Origin: an uncultured Lentisphaeraceae bacterium
Lineage (GTDB): Bacteria; Verrucomicrobiota; Kiritimatiellia; RFP12; UBA1067
Assembly: GCA_964643945.1 (NCBI GenBank)
Contig: CAZXVN010000612.1
Span: forward strand, 1-51,912
Direction: 5' to 3'
Length of the DNA: 51,912 bases
Below, one piece after another: positions 26,777-35,490 of the stretch (its first letter is position 1; each line of letters starts with the position of its first letter). Position numbers and translations under genes: made by a program. Under the pieces are notes generated by a model. The model made no database searches. It saw nothing but the letters and a program-made list of their open reading frames with translations, and was not told where the DNA came from.

Positions 26777-27204
26777 AACTGAAACAGATCTCTGTATTTT
26801 TAGAAAACCGGCTAGGACATCTCAGCCACGTCTGTGAAGTACTGGCGGAGGCCGGAATCAATATCGCTGCCATGACGTTGGCGGATACGCGTGAATTCGG
26901 CATCCTGCGCCTGATCGTCCGCGAATGGCAGCGCGCCAAAGACGCTCTCGAAGCTGCAGGCTTTGCTGCGAACATCACCGAGGTCATGGCGATTGAAGTC
27001 GCGGATGACCCCGGCGGGCTAAAGAGCATTCTCAAGGCGGCAGAAAGCGGCGGGCTAAGTATCGAATACATGTATGCTTTCGCCTACAAGCAGCAGAAGA
27101 AGAACGCGCTGATTGTCATCCGCTTTGACGATGTCGAACGTGCCTCGGCCGTGCTCGGAACGGCGGGGATCGGGATTTTGTCTGCCGCCGAGTTTTATGT
27201 ATAA
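26773..27204 (+). CDS. ACT domain-containing (amino-acid-binding) protein.
   Basis: Tandem ACT pattern: [49 protein letters not shown] ... [35 protein letters not shown] overlap with paaK. Confidence 0.8.
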   Translation: [143 protein letters not shown]

Positions 27205-27266
27205 GCTCACGAGAACAGGATGAGTGCGTTACGGCCCGTTCGCCGCGAGCGGCAGGGGGCAAGGGA

Positions 27267-28052
27267 TCACCCCTTGCGGGTGCCGTCTTCGATGCGGCCG
27301 ATCAGGCGGAGCAGCCCGTCGAGGATCGTGAGCGGGTGCGGCGGGCAGCCGGGAACGTAGAGGTCGACCGGCACGATGGCGGAGGCGCCGTTGTGGACCT
27401 GCTTGTGGCCGATGTAAGGCCCGCCTGAGATGGCGCACGCGCCGACCGCGATGACGATGCGCGGATCGGACACCGCGTCGTAGGTCTTCTGGAGCGCGAG
27501 CGCCATGTTCTGCGATACCGGCCCCGTGATCAGGAGGCCGTCGGCGTGGCGCGGCGAGGCCACGAACTGGATGCCGAAACGGCTCAGGTCCCAGCCGACC
27601 GTGTTGAGCACGTTGGTGTCGGCATCGCAGGCGTTGCAGCCACCCGCACTGACCTGGCGGAGTTTCAGCGAGCGCCCGAAAAGGGTTTTGAGTTTCTTGT
27701 CGAGTGCGGCACCGGCGACTTCCACGGCCAGCCGTTCGCGGGCGACGACGAGATCTTGACGGCGGCGCGCCGCCAGCTGGTAGCTGCGCGAATGCGTAAT
27801 GGCCAGCCGGGGGCAGGCGTTCGCACACTCGGTGCAGAAGAGGCATTTTCCCAAATCGATACGGGAGGGATCCGCCGGATCGAGCGCGCCGGTCGGGCAT
27901 GCGTCCATGCAGGCCCTGCAACCTTCAAGGCACTGAGCGGTGTCGATCAACGGGCGCCCGCGGAAACGGTCCGGCAACACCGGCGGCGCGCCGTCGGGAT
28001 ACTTCATCGTGCGGTGCTTCTGTTGCAGTCGGGCGAGTATCACTTTGATCAT
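27267..28052 (-). CDS. Fusion of a 2x[4Fe-4S] ferredoxin (HyfH/HycF-like) with a NuoB/HycG/HyfI-like small subunit.
   Basis: Starts at MIKVILARL, with GAGGA upstream. Fd motifs CLEGCRACMDACP and CLFCTECANACP. NuoB-type ligand blocks GGCNACD, GACAISGG, VPGCPP. Confidence 0.85.
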   Translation of the reverse strand: MIKVILARLQQKHRTMKYPDGAPPVLPDRFRGRPLIDTAQCLEGCRACMDACPTGALDPADPSRIDLGKCLFCTECANACPRLAITHSRSYQLAARRRQDLVVARERLAVEVAGAALDKKLKTLFGRSLKLRQVSAGGCNACDADTNVLNTVGWDLSRFGIQFVASPRHADGLLITGPVSQNMALALQKTYDAVSDPRIVIAVGACAISGGPYIGHKQVHNGASAIVPVDLYVPGCPPHPLTILDGLLRLIGRIEDGTRKG

Positions 28053-28062
28053 GGGAGGGTCC

Positions 28063-29595
28063 TCACAAATCGTGCCCGCAGTAGGACAGGTTGAAACTCT
28101 TGTTGCAGATCGGGAAGTCCGAGATCTCCTGATTTCGCAGGGCATAGGCGAGTCCCGGCCAGTTGTGGAACGACGGATCCACGACCTTGTAGCGCGAGAA
28201 GCGGCCCTGCGCGTCGGTGAGCGCCACATGGCAGACCTCGCCGCGCCAACTTTCGTTAAGGGCGGCGACAAAGCTGTCCGGCGCCAGTGCTTTGACCGGC
28301 ACGCGGGTCGCGCCGGAAGGCAGGGCATGGAGCTGGTCACGAATGAAACCGATGGCGTGCTGGATCTCCAGCCAGCGCAGATAGGCACGCGCGAAGACGT
28401 CGCCGGTCTCGCAGGTGGAGACGGGAATGTGGGCGAAACAGTAGATGCCAGAGGGCTGGTCGCGTCGTACGTCGCGCTCAATGCCCGAGGCTCGGGCCGC
28501 AGGGCCGACGATGCCCAACTCGGATGCGACAGTTCGAGACAGCGGGCCGACATCTTCGAAACGCGCCATGACCGACTGGGTGTTCCAGAGGAGGTTCACG
28601 GCGACGGCGGTGTCCTTCTCGCCGGCGTCGAGGCAACGCCCGAGTTCGGCGATGCGGTTGGCGTCCACGTCGAAGGCGACCCCGCCCGGCCGGAGCAGGC
28701 CGCGCCCGAAACGGCTTCCGCACAGCAGGGCGGTCATGTTGAGGAAATCGCCGCGGATGCGGCCGCAGTAACTGGCGGCGGGCAGAAAACCGACGTCGCC
28801 CGCCAGAGCGCCCAGGTCGCCGACGTGGTTGGCCAGCCGTTCAAGCTCCAACGCGATTCCACGCAGGGTCTGGGCACGGGCGGGCTTCTGACAGCTTGCG
28901 AGCGCCTCGATCACTTGGCAGTAGGTGGTGGTGTGCGCGACAGTCGAATCGCCCGAGAGGGTTTCGGCGTAATGGATCGTGCGCGCGCCGGGGCCGCCGA
29001 TGAGCGCCTCTTCCACGCCGCGGTGTTGAAACCCCAACGCGATCTCGAGGTGAAACACCTGTTCGCCGTGGCATTGGAAACGGAAGTGGCCGGGCTCGAT
29101 GACGCCGGCGTGGACCGGGCCGACCGCGACCTCGTGAACCTGTTCGCCGTTGACGCGGTAGAAGTCGCCCACGGCCGGCAGGATCGGCTGATCCGGAGAG
29201 CGGCCCCACGCGTCGCGGCCGGACCAAGAAGGGCAGTAGCGCACAGGCTTGAACCACGGGTGGCCGGCGGGGCGCAGGCCGAACTGCTCGGCGATCTCGC
29301 GTTCGAAGAGGTGCACCTGTGGACAGCGCGGCGTGAGCGAAGGGAACTCACTTCCTTCGATGTCGGTCGCGCCTGCGAAGAGCAGGTTCTGCTCGTCGGC
29401 GGCGAGTACGACATAAAGGCGGGTCGCGCCGGGGAGCGGAGAGGGGGCGCCGAACAGCGCGCTCACCCGCTGGCGTGTGGCCACGCCGTCAAGGATCGAC
29501 AGCTTGAAAGCCTCGAAGGAGAGGAGGGGAATGGCCGCACGCCTGACGGCTTGTCCGTTGGTCAGCATTGCGAGTGAGGGACGGCAGTCGTTCAT
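28063..29595 (-). CDS. HycE/HyfG-like (NuoC+NuoD fused) large subunit lacking the [NiFe] cysteine ligands (Ehr-like).
   Basis: Conserved blocks GPVHAGVIEPGHFRF and LGFQHRGVE are present. The N-terminal metal motif reads AETLSGDSTVAH (Ser at both Cys positions). The C-terminus reads SFNLSYCGHDL-stop instead of DPCxxCxxR/H. Confidence 0.8.
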   Translation of the reverse strand: MNDCRPSLAMLTNGQAVRRAAIPLLSFEAFKLSILDGVATRQRVSALFGAPSPLPGATRLYVVLAADEQNLLFAGATDIEGSEFPSLTPRCPQVHLFEREIAEQFGLRPAGHPWFKPVRYCPSWSGRDAWGRSPDQPILPAVGDFYRVNGEQVHEVAVGPVHAGVIEPGHFRFQCHGEQVFHLEIALGFQHRGVEEALIGGPGARTIHYAETLSGDSTVAHTTTYCQVIEALASCQKPARAQTLRGIALELERLANHVGDLGALAGDVGFLPAASYCGRIRGDFLNMTALLCGSRFGRGLLRPGGVAFDVDANRIAELGRCLDAGEKDTAVAVNLLWNTQSVMARFEDVGPLSRTVASELGIVGPAARASGIERDVRRDQPSGIYCFAHIPVSTCETGDVFARAYLRWLEIQHAIGFIRDQLHALPSGATRVPVKALAPDSFVAALNESWRGEVCHVALTDAQGRFSRYKVVDPSFHNWPGLAYALRNQEISDFPICNKSFNLSYCGHDL

Positions 29596-31025
29596 GGCTG
29601 ACCCTCCAGGAAAAGCACCGCGTCGTTGATCAACGTGGTCAGCGGGGCGGGGATGTAGAGTCCCACGAGCAGGACGAGCAGCATGAGGCCCGCCACCGGC
29701 GCGCCAGTCAGGAAGCCGTCGCGGTAAGGCGTGCTGCGCGCCTCGAACGATGCGCGGCCCTGCACGACCTTGAGCACGGTCGCGCCCATGCCGATGAAGA
29801 CCACCAGCAACAGGAAGAGGAAGGTTCCGCCAAGGGCGAAACGCCCGGCATCGAACGCGCCGTTAAGGATTGAAAATTCGCTGATGAACGGGCCGAAGGG
29901 CGGCGAGCCCGTGATGGCCAGGAAGCCGGCGAGGAAGAGGGTGCCGGAGAGCGGCAGGCGGCGCATCGCCCCGCAGACCTGTTCGGTGCTTTTGCTGCCG
30001 TAGGCGCGGTGGATGTTGCCGGCGGAAAGGAAGAGCACCCCTTTGGTCAGGCCGTTGGTCACGACGTGGAGCAGCGTGCCGTAAAGCGCCGGCGCGCCGA
30101 TGCCGAGGCCCAGCGCGAGGATGCCCATATGCTCCACGCTGGAGTAAGCGAGCATCCGTTTGAAATCGCGCTGGCCGACCATGAAGAGACTGGCCACGAC
30201 CATGGACAGGAGCCCCATGAAAAGGAGCAGGCGCGAGACGTAGGCGCCCTCGCCTGCCGCGAGGCAGATGTGATAGGTGCGCAGGAGGGCGAGGAACGCG
30301 CAACTGGTCACGCCGCCTGCGAGCATGGCGCCGACCACGCCCGGCGCCTCGCCGTAGGCGTCGGGCTTCCACGTGTGCATCGGGGCAAGGCCCATCTTGG
30401 TGCCGTAGCCCACGAGCAGAAGGACGAAGGCCGCGTGCAGCCACGGCTTGGAGAGCTTCGGCGCGTGGTCGAGAAGGCCTTCCAGCGTGAGGGTGGCTTC
30501 GAGCCCGGCATGCAGGGAGGCATAGGCCAGGAAGAAGGTTCCCAGCAGCGCGAGGGCGATGCCGACCGACCCGACGAGCAGGTACTTCCAGGTGGCTTCG
30601 ATGCTGCGCTGAGTGTGGTTGAAGTAGATCAGCGGCGCGGTCACGAGGGTGGTGCCTTCAATGGCGACCCACATCAGGCCGAGGTGGTGCGCCCAGATAA
30701 CCAGACTCATGATGCCGAGAAAGGTCATGAGGCAGGCGCAGAAGACGCGGTTGGGACGTTCCTCGCGGTGGCGGAGATAACCCGCGGCGTAGAACGAACA
30801 AAAGAAGAAGAGCGTGCTGACCGTGAGCAGGATGAGTTTGCCGAGCGGGTCGAGCACCAGCCAGGCCGCGCTGGTCGTCAGTTCCGGACGCGTCAGCGTC
30901 ACGAGGGTCAGAGTGAGATGCGTGATTCCCGTCACAGGCAGCAACCACGGGCGCAGACGGTTCGAGGGGATAACCGCCGCAAGGGCCGCCATCAGCATAG
31001 GCAAGAAGATCAGCGCGAAAGCCAT
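29592..31025 (-). CDS. HyfF/NuoN-like antiporter-type membrane subunit.
   Basis: 477-aa polytopic protein with proton-pump family blocks (WLHAAFVLLLVGYGTKMGLAPMHTWKPDAYGEAP). ATGA overlap with the next gene. Confidence 0.8.
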   Translation of the reverse strand: MAFALIFLPMLMAALAAVIPSNRLRPWLLPVTGITHLTLTLVTLTRPELTTSAAWLVLDPLGKLILLTVSTLFFFCSFYAAGYLRHREERPNRVFCACLMTFLGIMSLVIWAHHLGLMWVAIEGTTLVTAPLIYFNHTQRSIEATWKYLLVGSVGIALALLGTFFLAYASLHAGLEATLTLEGLLDHAPKLSKPWLHAAFVLLLVGYGTKMGLAPMHTWKPDAYGEAPGVVGAMLAGGVTSCAFLALLRTYHICLAAGEGAYVSRLLLFMGLLSMVVASLFMVGQRDFKRMLAYSSVEHMGILALGLGIGAPALYGTLLHVVTNGLTKGVLFLSAGNIHRAYGSKSTEQVCGAMRRLPLSGTLFLAGFLAITGSPPFGPFISEFSILNGAFDAGRFALGGTFLFLLLVVFIGMGATVLKVVQGRASFEARSTPYRDGFLTGAPVAGLMLLVLLVGLYIPAPLTTLINDAVLFLEGQP

Positions 31026-31028
31026 GGA

Positions 31029-31670
31029 CTACTCCTTTAGCGAAACCAGCCGGCGCGTGTCCGTCGAAGCGAACGCCTGATTGATCTGGTTGACGATGAT
31101 GCAGATCACAAAAATGCCGACGAAAAGATCGAGCAACACGCCCATCTCGACGACGAGCGGCATGGCCTCGACCAGCAACATGCCGAAAATGAAGATGCCG
31201 TTCTCGAGGACGAGATAACCCACGACTTGCGTGAGCGCTTTGAAGCGGGTGGTCAGCAGAATGAAGCCCACCAGGACGGTCGAGATGGAGGTGGGGACAA
31301 TCAGCGCACCGCTGTGCGCCTCGCTCAGAGGCAGTTGGTCGGCGAAGAGCAGCGCGAAGACCGTGGCCAGCGCGCCCAGGATCACCGAAGGCTGCAGTCC
31401 GACCAGCGGCTCCACCTCGCGCTTGATTTTGACATCGCGCAACGCGTGGATCATCATGCCCGGGATAATGACCCCTTTGAGCGCGAAGGTCGGGACAACG
31501 GTCAGGGCCGCCGAGAGCGTGAGATGCTCGTGCAAAAGGAGAGGGAGAAGGCTCAGCAACGCGCCTTGGGCAGCCACGGTCCGGATGACCGAGACAATCC
31601 GGCTGGTGCCCAGCACGAAGAGGTTGAGCATCAGGACGATCACGAGAAGGGTGTTTAAAAGATTGGTCAT
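31029..31670 (-). CDS. HyfE-like small membrane subunit (NuoK-related).
   Basis: 213-aa hydrophobic protein starting MTNLLNTLLVIVLMLNLFVLGTSR. Its position and size match hyfE. Confidence 0.7.
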   Translation of the reverse strand: MTNLLNTLLVIVLMLNLFVLGTSRIVSVIRTVAAQGALLSLLPLLLHEHLTLSAALTVVPTFALKGVIIPGMMIHALRDVKIKREVEPLVGLQPSVILGALATVFALLFADQLPLSEAHSGALIVPTSISTVLVGFILLTTRFKALTQVVGYLVLENGIFIFGMLLVEAMPLVVEMGVLLDLFVGIFVICIIVNQINQAFASTDTRRLVSLKE

Positions 31671-31674
31671 GCGA

Positions 31675-32583
31675 TCACCTTATCAACAAAATGAAACCGA
31701 AACCGCAGAAAAGCAGTGCGCCGACGAGCAGGTAGGGAACGTGCCGCATCTGGAGGCGCGCCATCACAGACTCCACGATGCCGATGATGGCCGCCAGTCC
31801 TAAGAGTTCCAGAAGGTACAGCGGCCAGTCTAACCAGGCCTTTCCGAACTCGAACGGCGCGATCACGTGAAGCAGCACGGTTCCCAGCACAAGCAGTTTG
31901 ACGGCCGCGGCGTAGAGAATCACGCCGAAGAGCGGGCCGCTGTGATCGAGCACCATCGCTTCGTGGATCATGGTCAGCTCCAAGTGCGTGTTCGGATCAT
32001 CCACGGGGAGACGGCAGGTCTCTGCCAGCAGCACGATGAAGAGGCCGATCGAGATCAACGCCAGCGGCGCAGCGACATCCGCTGAGAAGGTGTTCGCGGG
32101 GCTGTGCAGCATGGCTGTCAGCGTGAGAGAGCCTGACACCTTCGCCAGCACCATGAGGGCGAAGAAGAGCGCAGGTTCGGAGAGGCAGGCGAAGGTCACC
32201 TCGCGTGCCGCGCCCATACCTTCAAAGGCCGAGCCGGTGTCGAGCGCCGCCGAGGTGGTGAAAAAGCGCGCCAGACCGAAAAGATAGGCGAAGAGGATCA
32301 GGTCGCCCGTGAAGGCGATCGGCGCGTTGAAGCCGCCGATCGGGATCAGCAGCCCGGCCAGCAGCACCGTCGCCAGCGTGACGACCGGACCGGCGCGGAA
32401 GACCCACGTCGTGGTCGTGCTCAGCACCAGGCCCCTCCGCATCAGCTTGGCGAGGTCGTAATAGGGCTGCAGCAGAGGCGCGCCGACGCGCCCGCCGAAC
32501 CACGCCTTGGTTTTGGTGATCACGCCCAACAGCAACGGCGGCAGAATCAGCAGGAACGTCACATGGATGATGAGGTCAATCAT
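31675..32583 (-). CDS. HyfC/HycD/NuoH-like membrane subunit.
   Basis: ILPPLLLGVITKTKAWFGGRVGAPLLQPYYDLAKLMRRG is the characteristic HycD/NuoH N-terminal block. Confidence 0.8.
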   Translation of the reverse strand: MIDLIIHVTFLLILPPLLLGVITKTKAWFGGRVGAPLLQPYYDLAKLMRRGLVLSTTTTWVFRAGPVVTLATVLLAGLLIPIGGFNAPIAFTGDLILFAYLFGLARFFTTSAALDTGSAFEGMGAAREVTFACLSEPALFFALMVLAKVSGSLTLTAMLHSPANTFSADVAAPLALISIGLFIVLLAETCRLPVDDPNTHLELTMIHEAMVLDHSGPLFGVILYAAAVKLLVLGTVLLHVIAPFEFGKAWLDWPLYLLELLGLAAIIGIVESVMARLQMRHVPYLLVGALLFCGFGFILLIR

Positions 32584-32595
32584 GGTTTTCGTTTG

Positions 32596-34593
32596 TTACC
32601 GCGCGAACCACTGTGTGACAAACGCCTTGAACGGGAACAGCGTACACAGCAGCGCGAGCAGCGTCAACAGAACATAAAGCACATAGTGTTGCGTCAGCCC
32701 GCGTTGGAAGCGGTGGCTCCAGACGAGCCAGCCCTCGATGCGGTGCCCGGCAGGCAGAAGCACCCGGTCCAGCACCGCGTCATCCACATGACTGTGCGTG
32801 TGGGCCGGCAGCGGGAAGAGTCCGGCCACGCGCGGCCGCAGCCTGTGCGGATGAAGCACGCGGCTGAAGAGCAAGACAATCATCTGCGCGAACGAGGCGG
32901 CGGTGACCTGCATCCGGCTGGTCGGCCGTGCGTAACCACAGTCCCAGGTGAGACCGCTGCGCGGGGTTCCGCCGCAACGAAGAAGAACGGCCGCCAAGCC
33001 TGCCACACAAAAAACCAAAGAAACCGCCAGCACGCTGAGCATGCCCAGCGGAGCGATGTGTCCGAGGGGTGCAGTCTCTGTTCCGGTGCCTGCGAGCCAG
33101 CAGGCGGTGGTGGCGTCGAGAACCGGCCTGACCAGAAGCGGGGCGAGGCCGATCAGCACGCAGCTGGCGGCGAGCACCATCATCGGCAGCCGCATGGAGA
33201 AAGGCGCTTCGTAAGCCTGGCCGGCGGCCCGGGTGCGCGGCTCGCCCAGAAAGACGGCGCCGTATACTTTCACGAAACAGGCTACCGCCAGCGCGCCGAC
33301 CATCGCCAGCACCGGCACGCCGATCATGGCCGCCATTCCGCCGGAGAGCGCGGTTTTGAACAGCCCTAGATAGATGAACCACTCGCTCACGAACCCGTTC
33401 AGCGGCGGCAGTCCGCAGATGGCCACCGCACCGATGAGAAAACAGGCCGCAGTCCACGGCATGGCCTTGGCCAGTCCGCCGAGCCGGTCGATCTGCCGCG
33501 TGTGCGTGCTGTGGACCACCGCACCTGCGCAGAAAAAAAGCAGGGACTTGAAGAAGCTGTGGTTCCACACATGCAAGAGGCAGCCGGCCAGCCCCAGTGC
33601 GACCCACTCCGGATTTCCGGACGAGCGTCCCAGCATGGCCACGCCGAGACCCATCAGGATGATGCCGATATTCTCGACGCTGTGATAGGCCAGCAGGCGC
33701 TTGAGGTCGTGCTGGCCGATGGCGAACACGACGCCCATCAAGCCGCTGACCGCACCCAGCGCGAGGAGGATGCTGCCCCACGCGGCAGGCGGTACGGGCA
33801 GCAGCGACAGCCAGCGCACCAGACCGTAAATGCCCATTTTGAGAACCACGCCCGAGAGTATGGCGGAGACGTGGCAGGGGGCGCTGGCGTGTGCGCCGGG
33901 CAGCCAGAAGTGGAGCGGCATCGCGCCCGCCTTGAGGCCGAAACCGAGCAGCGCCAGAAAGAAAAACATGTGCAGGGTGCCCAGGCTCATCACGCTCTGC
34001 GCGACCGGTTGCAGGGCGTAAGAGCCGGTCGTGTGACGCCACAGGGCGAAGAGCCCGAAGAGGGTCAAGGTGCCCACGTGTGTGGCGAGCAGGTAGACCC
34101 AGCTCGCCTGGCGGCTCTCCGCGCGGTGGTCCTCGGTGGCGACAAGGAAAAAGGCCGAGAGCGCCATGATCTCCCAGCCCAGCAGAAAGGCCATCGCATG
34201 GCGGCTGATGACCAGCAGGGCCATTCCCGCTACGAGGAGACCCCAGAAAAGGCGGAGCTTGCGCCCGTTGCCCGGATGGCGGAGTTGGGGCCAGTAGCCC
34301 AAGCCATAGAGGGGGCCGAGTCCTCCCACGAGAAAGACCGGAACGAGAAAGAAGGCGCTCAGGGCGTCGAGACCGACCACCGCGTTGCCGGCCGCGGGCC
34401 ACGGGAAGAAGCGCGACGGCACGCCGCTGCCGCATAATCCGCCTGCCGCGCTGACGAGACCCGCGAACGCGGCACACAGCATGAGCGCAGTCGCGACACG
34501 CTCCCCCCAGGCCGATGACCGTGCCGACAAGAGCCCCGGCAGCCCGCTGGCGGCCGCCAGGGCAAGGGCGAAGAGGGTCAGGTCAAGGAACAT
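32596..34593 (-). CDS. HyfB/NuoL/MnhA-like antiporter-type membrane subunit.
   Basis: 665-aa polytopic protein with FGLKAGAMPLHFWLPGAHASAP and LLAYHSVENIGIILMGLG blocks. Confidence 0.8.
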   Translation of the reverse strand: MFLDLTLFALALAAASGLPGLLSARSSAWGERVATALMLCAAFAGLVSAAGGLCGSGVPSRFFPWPAAGNAVVGLDALSAFFLVPVFLVGGLGPLYGLGYWPQLRHPGNGRKLRLFWGLLVAGMALLVISRHAMAFLLGWEIMALSAFFLVATEDHRAESRQASWVYLLATHVGTLTLFGLFALWRHTTGSYALQPVAQSVMSLGTLHMFFFLALLGFGLKAGAMPLHFWLPGAHASAPCHVSAILSGVVLKMGIYGLVRWLSLLPVPPAAWGSILLALGAVSGLMGVVFAIGQHDLKRLLAYHSVENIGIILMGLGVAMLGRSSGNPEWVALGLAGCLLHVWNHSFFKSLLFFCAGAVVHSTHTRQIDRLGGLAKAMPWTAACFLIGAVAICGLPPLNGFVSEWFIYLGLFKTALSGGMAAMIGVPVLAMVGALAVACFVKVYGAVFLGEPRTRAAGQAYEAPFSMRLPMMVLAASCVLIGLAPLLVRPVLDATTACWLAGTGTETAPLGHIAPLGMLSVLAVSLVFCVAGLAAVLLRCGGTPRSGLTWDCGYARPTSRMQVTAASFAQMIVLLFSRVLHPHRLRPRVAGLFPLPAHTHSHVDDAVLDRVLLPAGHRIEGWLVWSHRFQRGLTQHYVLYVLLTLLALLCTLFPFKAFVTQWFAR

Positions 34594-34659
34594 GTGGAAG
34601 CCTTTCGGATACAGGCCCTGTGGTCGGCGGGCGCTTCGACGACGCCGCGCCTGCGGAAG

Positions 34660-35361
34660 CTACGGGGTCCCGGTGCTGGCCGGAGCAAGGGTGATCGCGG
34701 CTTCGGCCCTTGCGATCAGCGCCACCAGTTGGTTCTGCGCGGCCTGCCGCTTCAAGGCCGCCTTGACATCCGGGTTGCGCAGGATGAAGCCGAGCCGCGA
34801 CAGCAGGTGCAGGTGCGCCTTGACGGTGTGGCTGATGAGTGTAAACAGGATGTTGACGGGTTTGTTGTCGATCGCGCGGAAATCGATCGGGGTGTCGAGG
34901 AAGCAGAGCGTCACGGTCGGCGTGGAGACAGGCAGGACCACGGGGTTGCGCACATGCGGGATGGCGATGCCGTCGCCGACACCCGTGGAGCCCAGACTTT
35001 CGCGGGCCAGCAGCACTTGGTAAAGAAACTCGCGGTCCACCGCCTCCGGCAGCTTCAGCACATTGACGATGGCCCGCAATACGGTGGGCTGGTCGGTCCC
35101 GCCAACCCGGTAGGCCACGCCACCGGCCCGCAGCGCTTCGGTGAAGGTGGGCTGGCTGGACGTGTTCGGCTGACCCGTCGTGAAAAGATCGGGGGAGACC
35201 TGAACATTACGGGCGATGGCCCACTCCAACAGTTCGGCCCGGTTGAAGCGGATCTGCTCGTTGATCGTGTGCGAGGGGATCTCTTCCTGCTTGACCCACG
35301 TATAGATGGTTTCGTCAGAAACGTTCAGAAGGGCCGCTGCATCTTTCACTGACACTTGCAT
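34660..35361 (-). CDS. Fusion of an excisionase/MerR-type HTH with a PTS EIIA(Ntr/fructose)-type domain. Putative regulator.
   Basis: Starts at MQVSVKDAAALLNVSDETIYTWVKQEEIP (HTH). The EIIA block GSTGVGDGIAIPHVRNP contains the phosphorylatable His. It ends 66 nt upstream of the hyfB-like start on the same strand. Confidence 0.7.
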   Translation of the reverse strand: MQVSVKDAAALLNVSDETIYTWVKQEEIPSHTINEQIRFNRAELLEWAIARNVQVSPDLFTTGQPNTSSQPTFTEALRAGGVAYRVGGTDQPTVLRAIVNVLKLPEAVDREFLYQVLLARESLGSTGVGDGIAIPHVRNPVVLPVSTPTVTLCFLDTPIDFRAIDNKPVNILFTLISHTVKAHLHLLSRLGFILRNPDVKAALKRQAAQNQLVALIARAEAAITLAPASTGTP

Positions 35362-35454
35362 TCGCGTCGCTCCGCAGACAGGACCTGTCTGGCATGTGAG
35401 ACAGGCCTCATTGATTGTCGGTTGGCCCATCAGGGCAACCCGGTTAAAGGGCAA

Positions 35455-35480
35455 AGAAAAAAACCGCCGGTACAGGCGGC
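35455..35480 (-). terminator. Hairpin plus U-tract downstream of tRNA-Ala.
   Basis: The minus-strand RNA reads GGCCGCC-UGUACC-GGCGG followed by UUUUUUU. Confidence 0.45.
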
Positions 35481-35490
35481 CTTTTATACA

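Noticed and set aside
27267-34593. Annotating the operon as a functional formate hydrogenlyase / hydrogenase-4.
   Set aside because: The large subunit lacks Cys at both metal-binding motifs. No maturation genes, formate dehydrogenase or formate channel are in the window.
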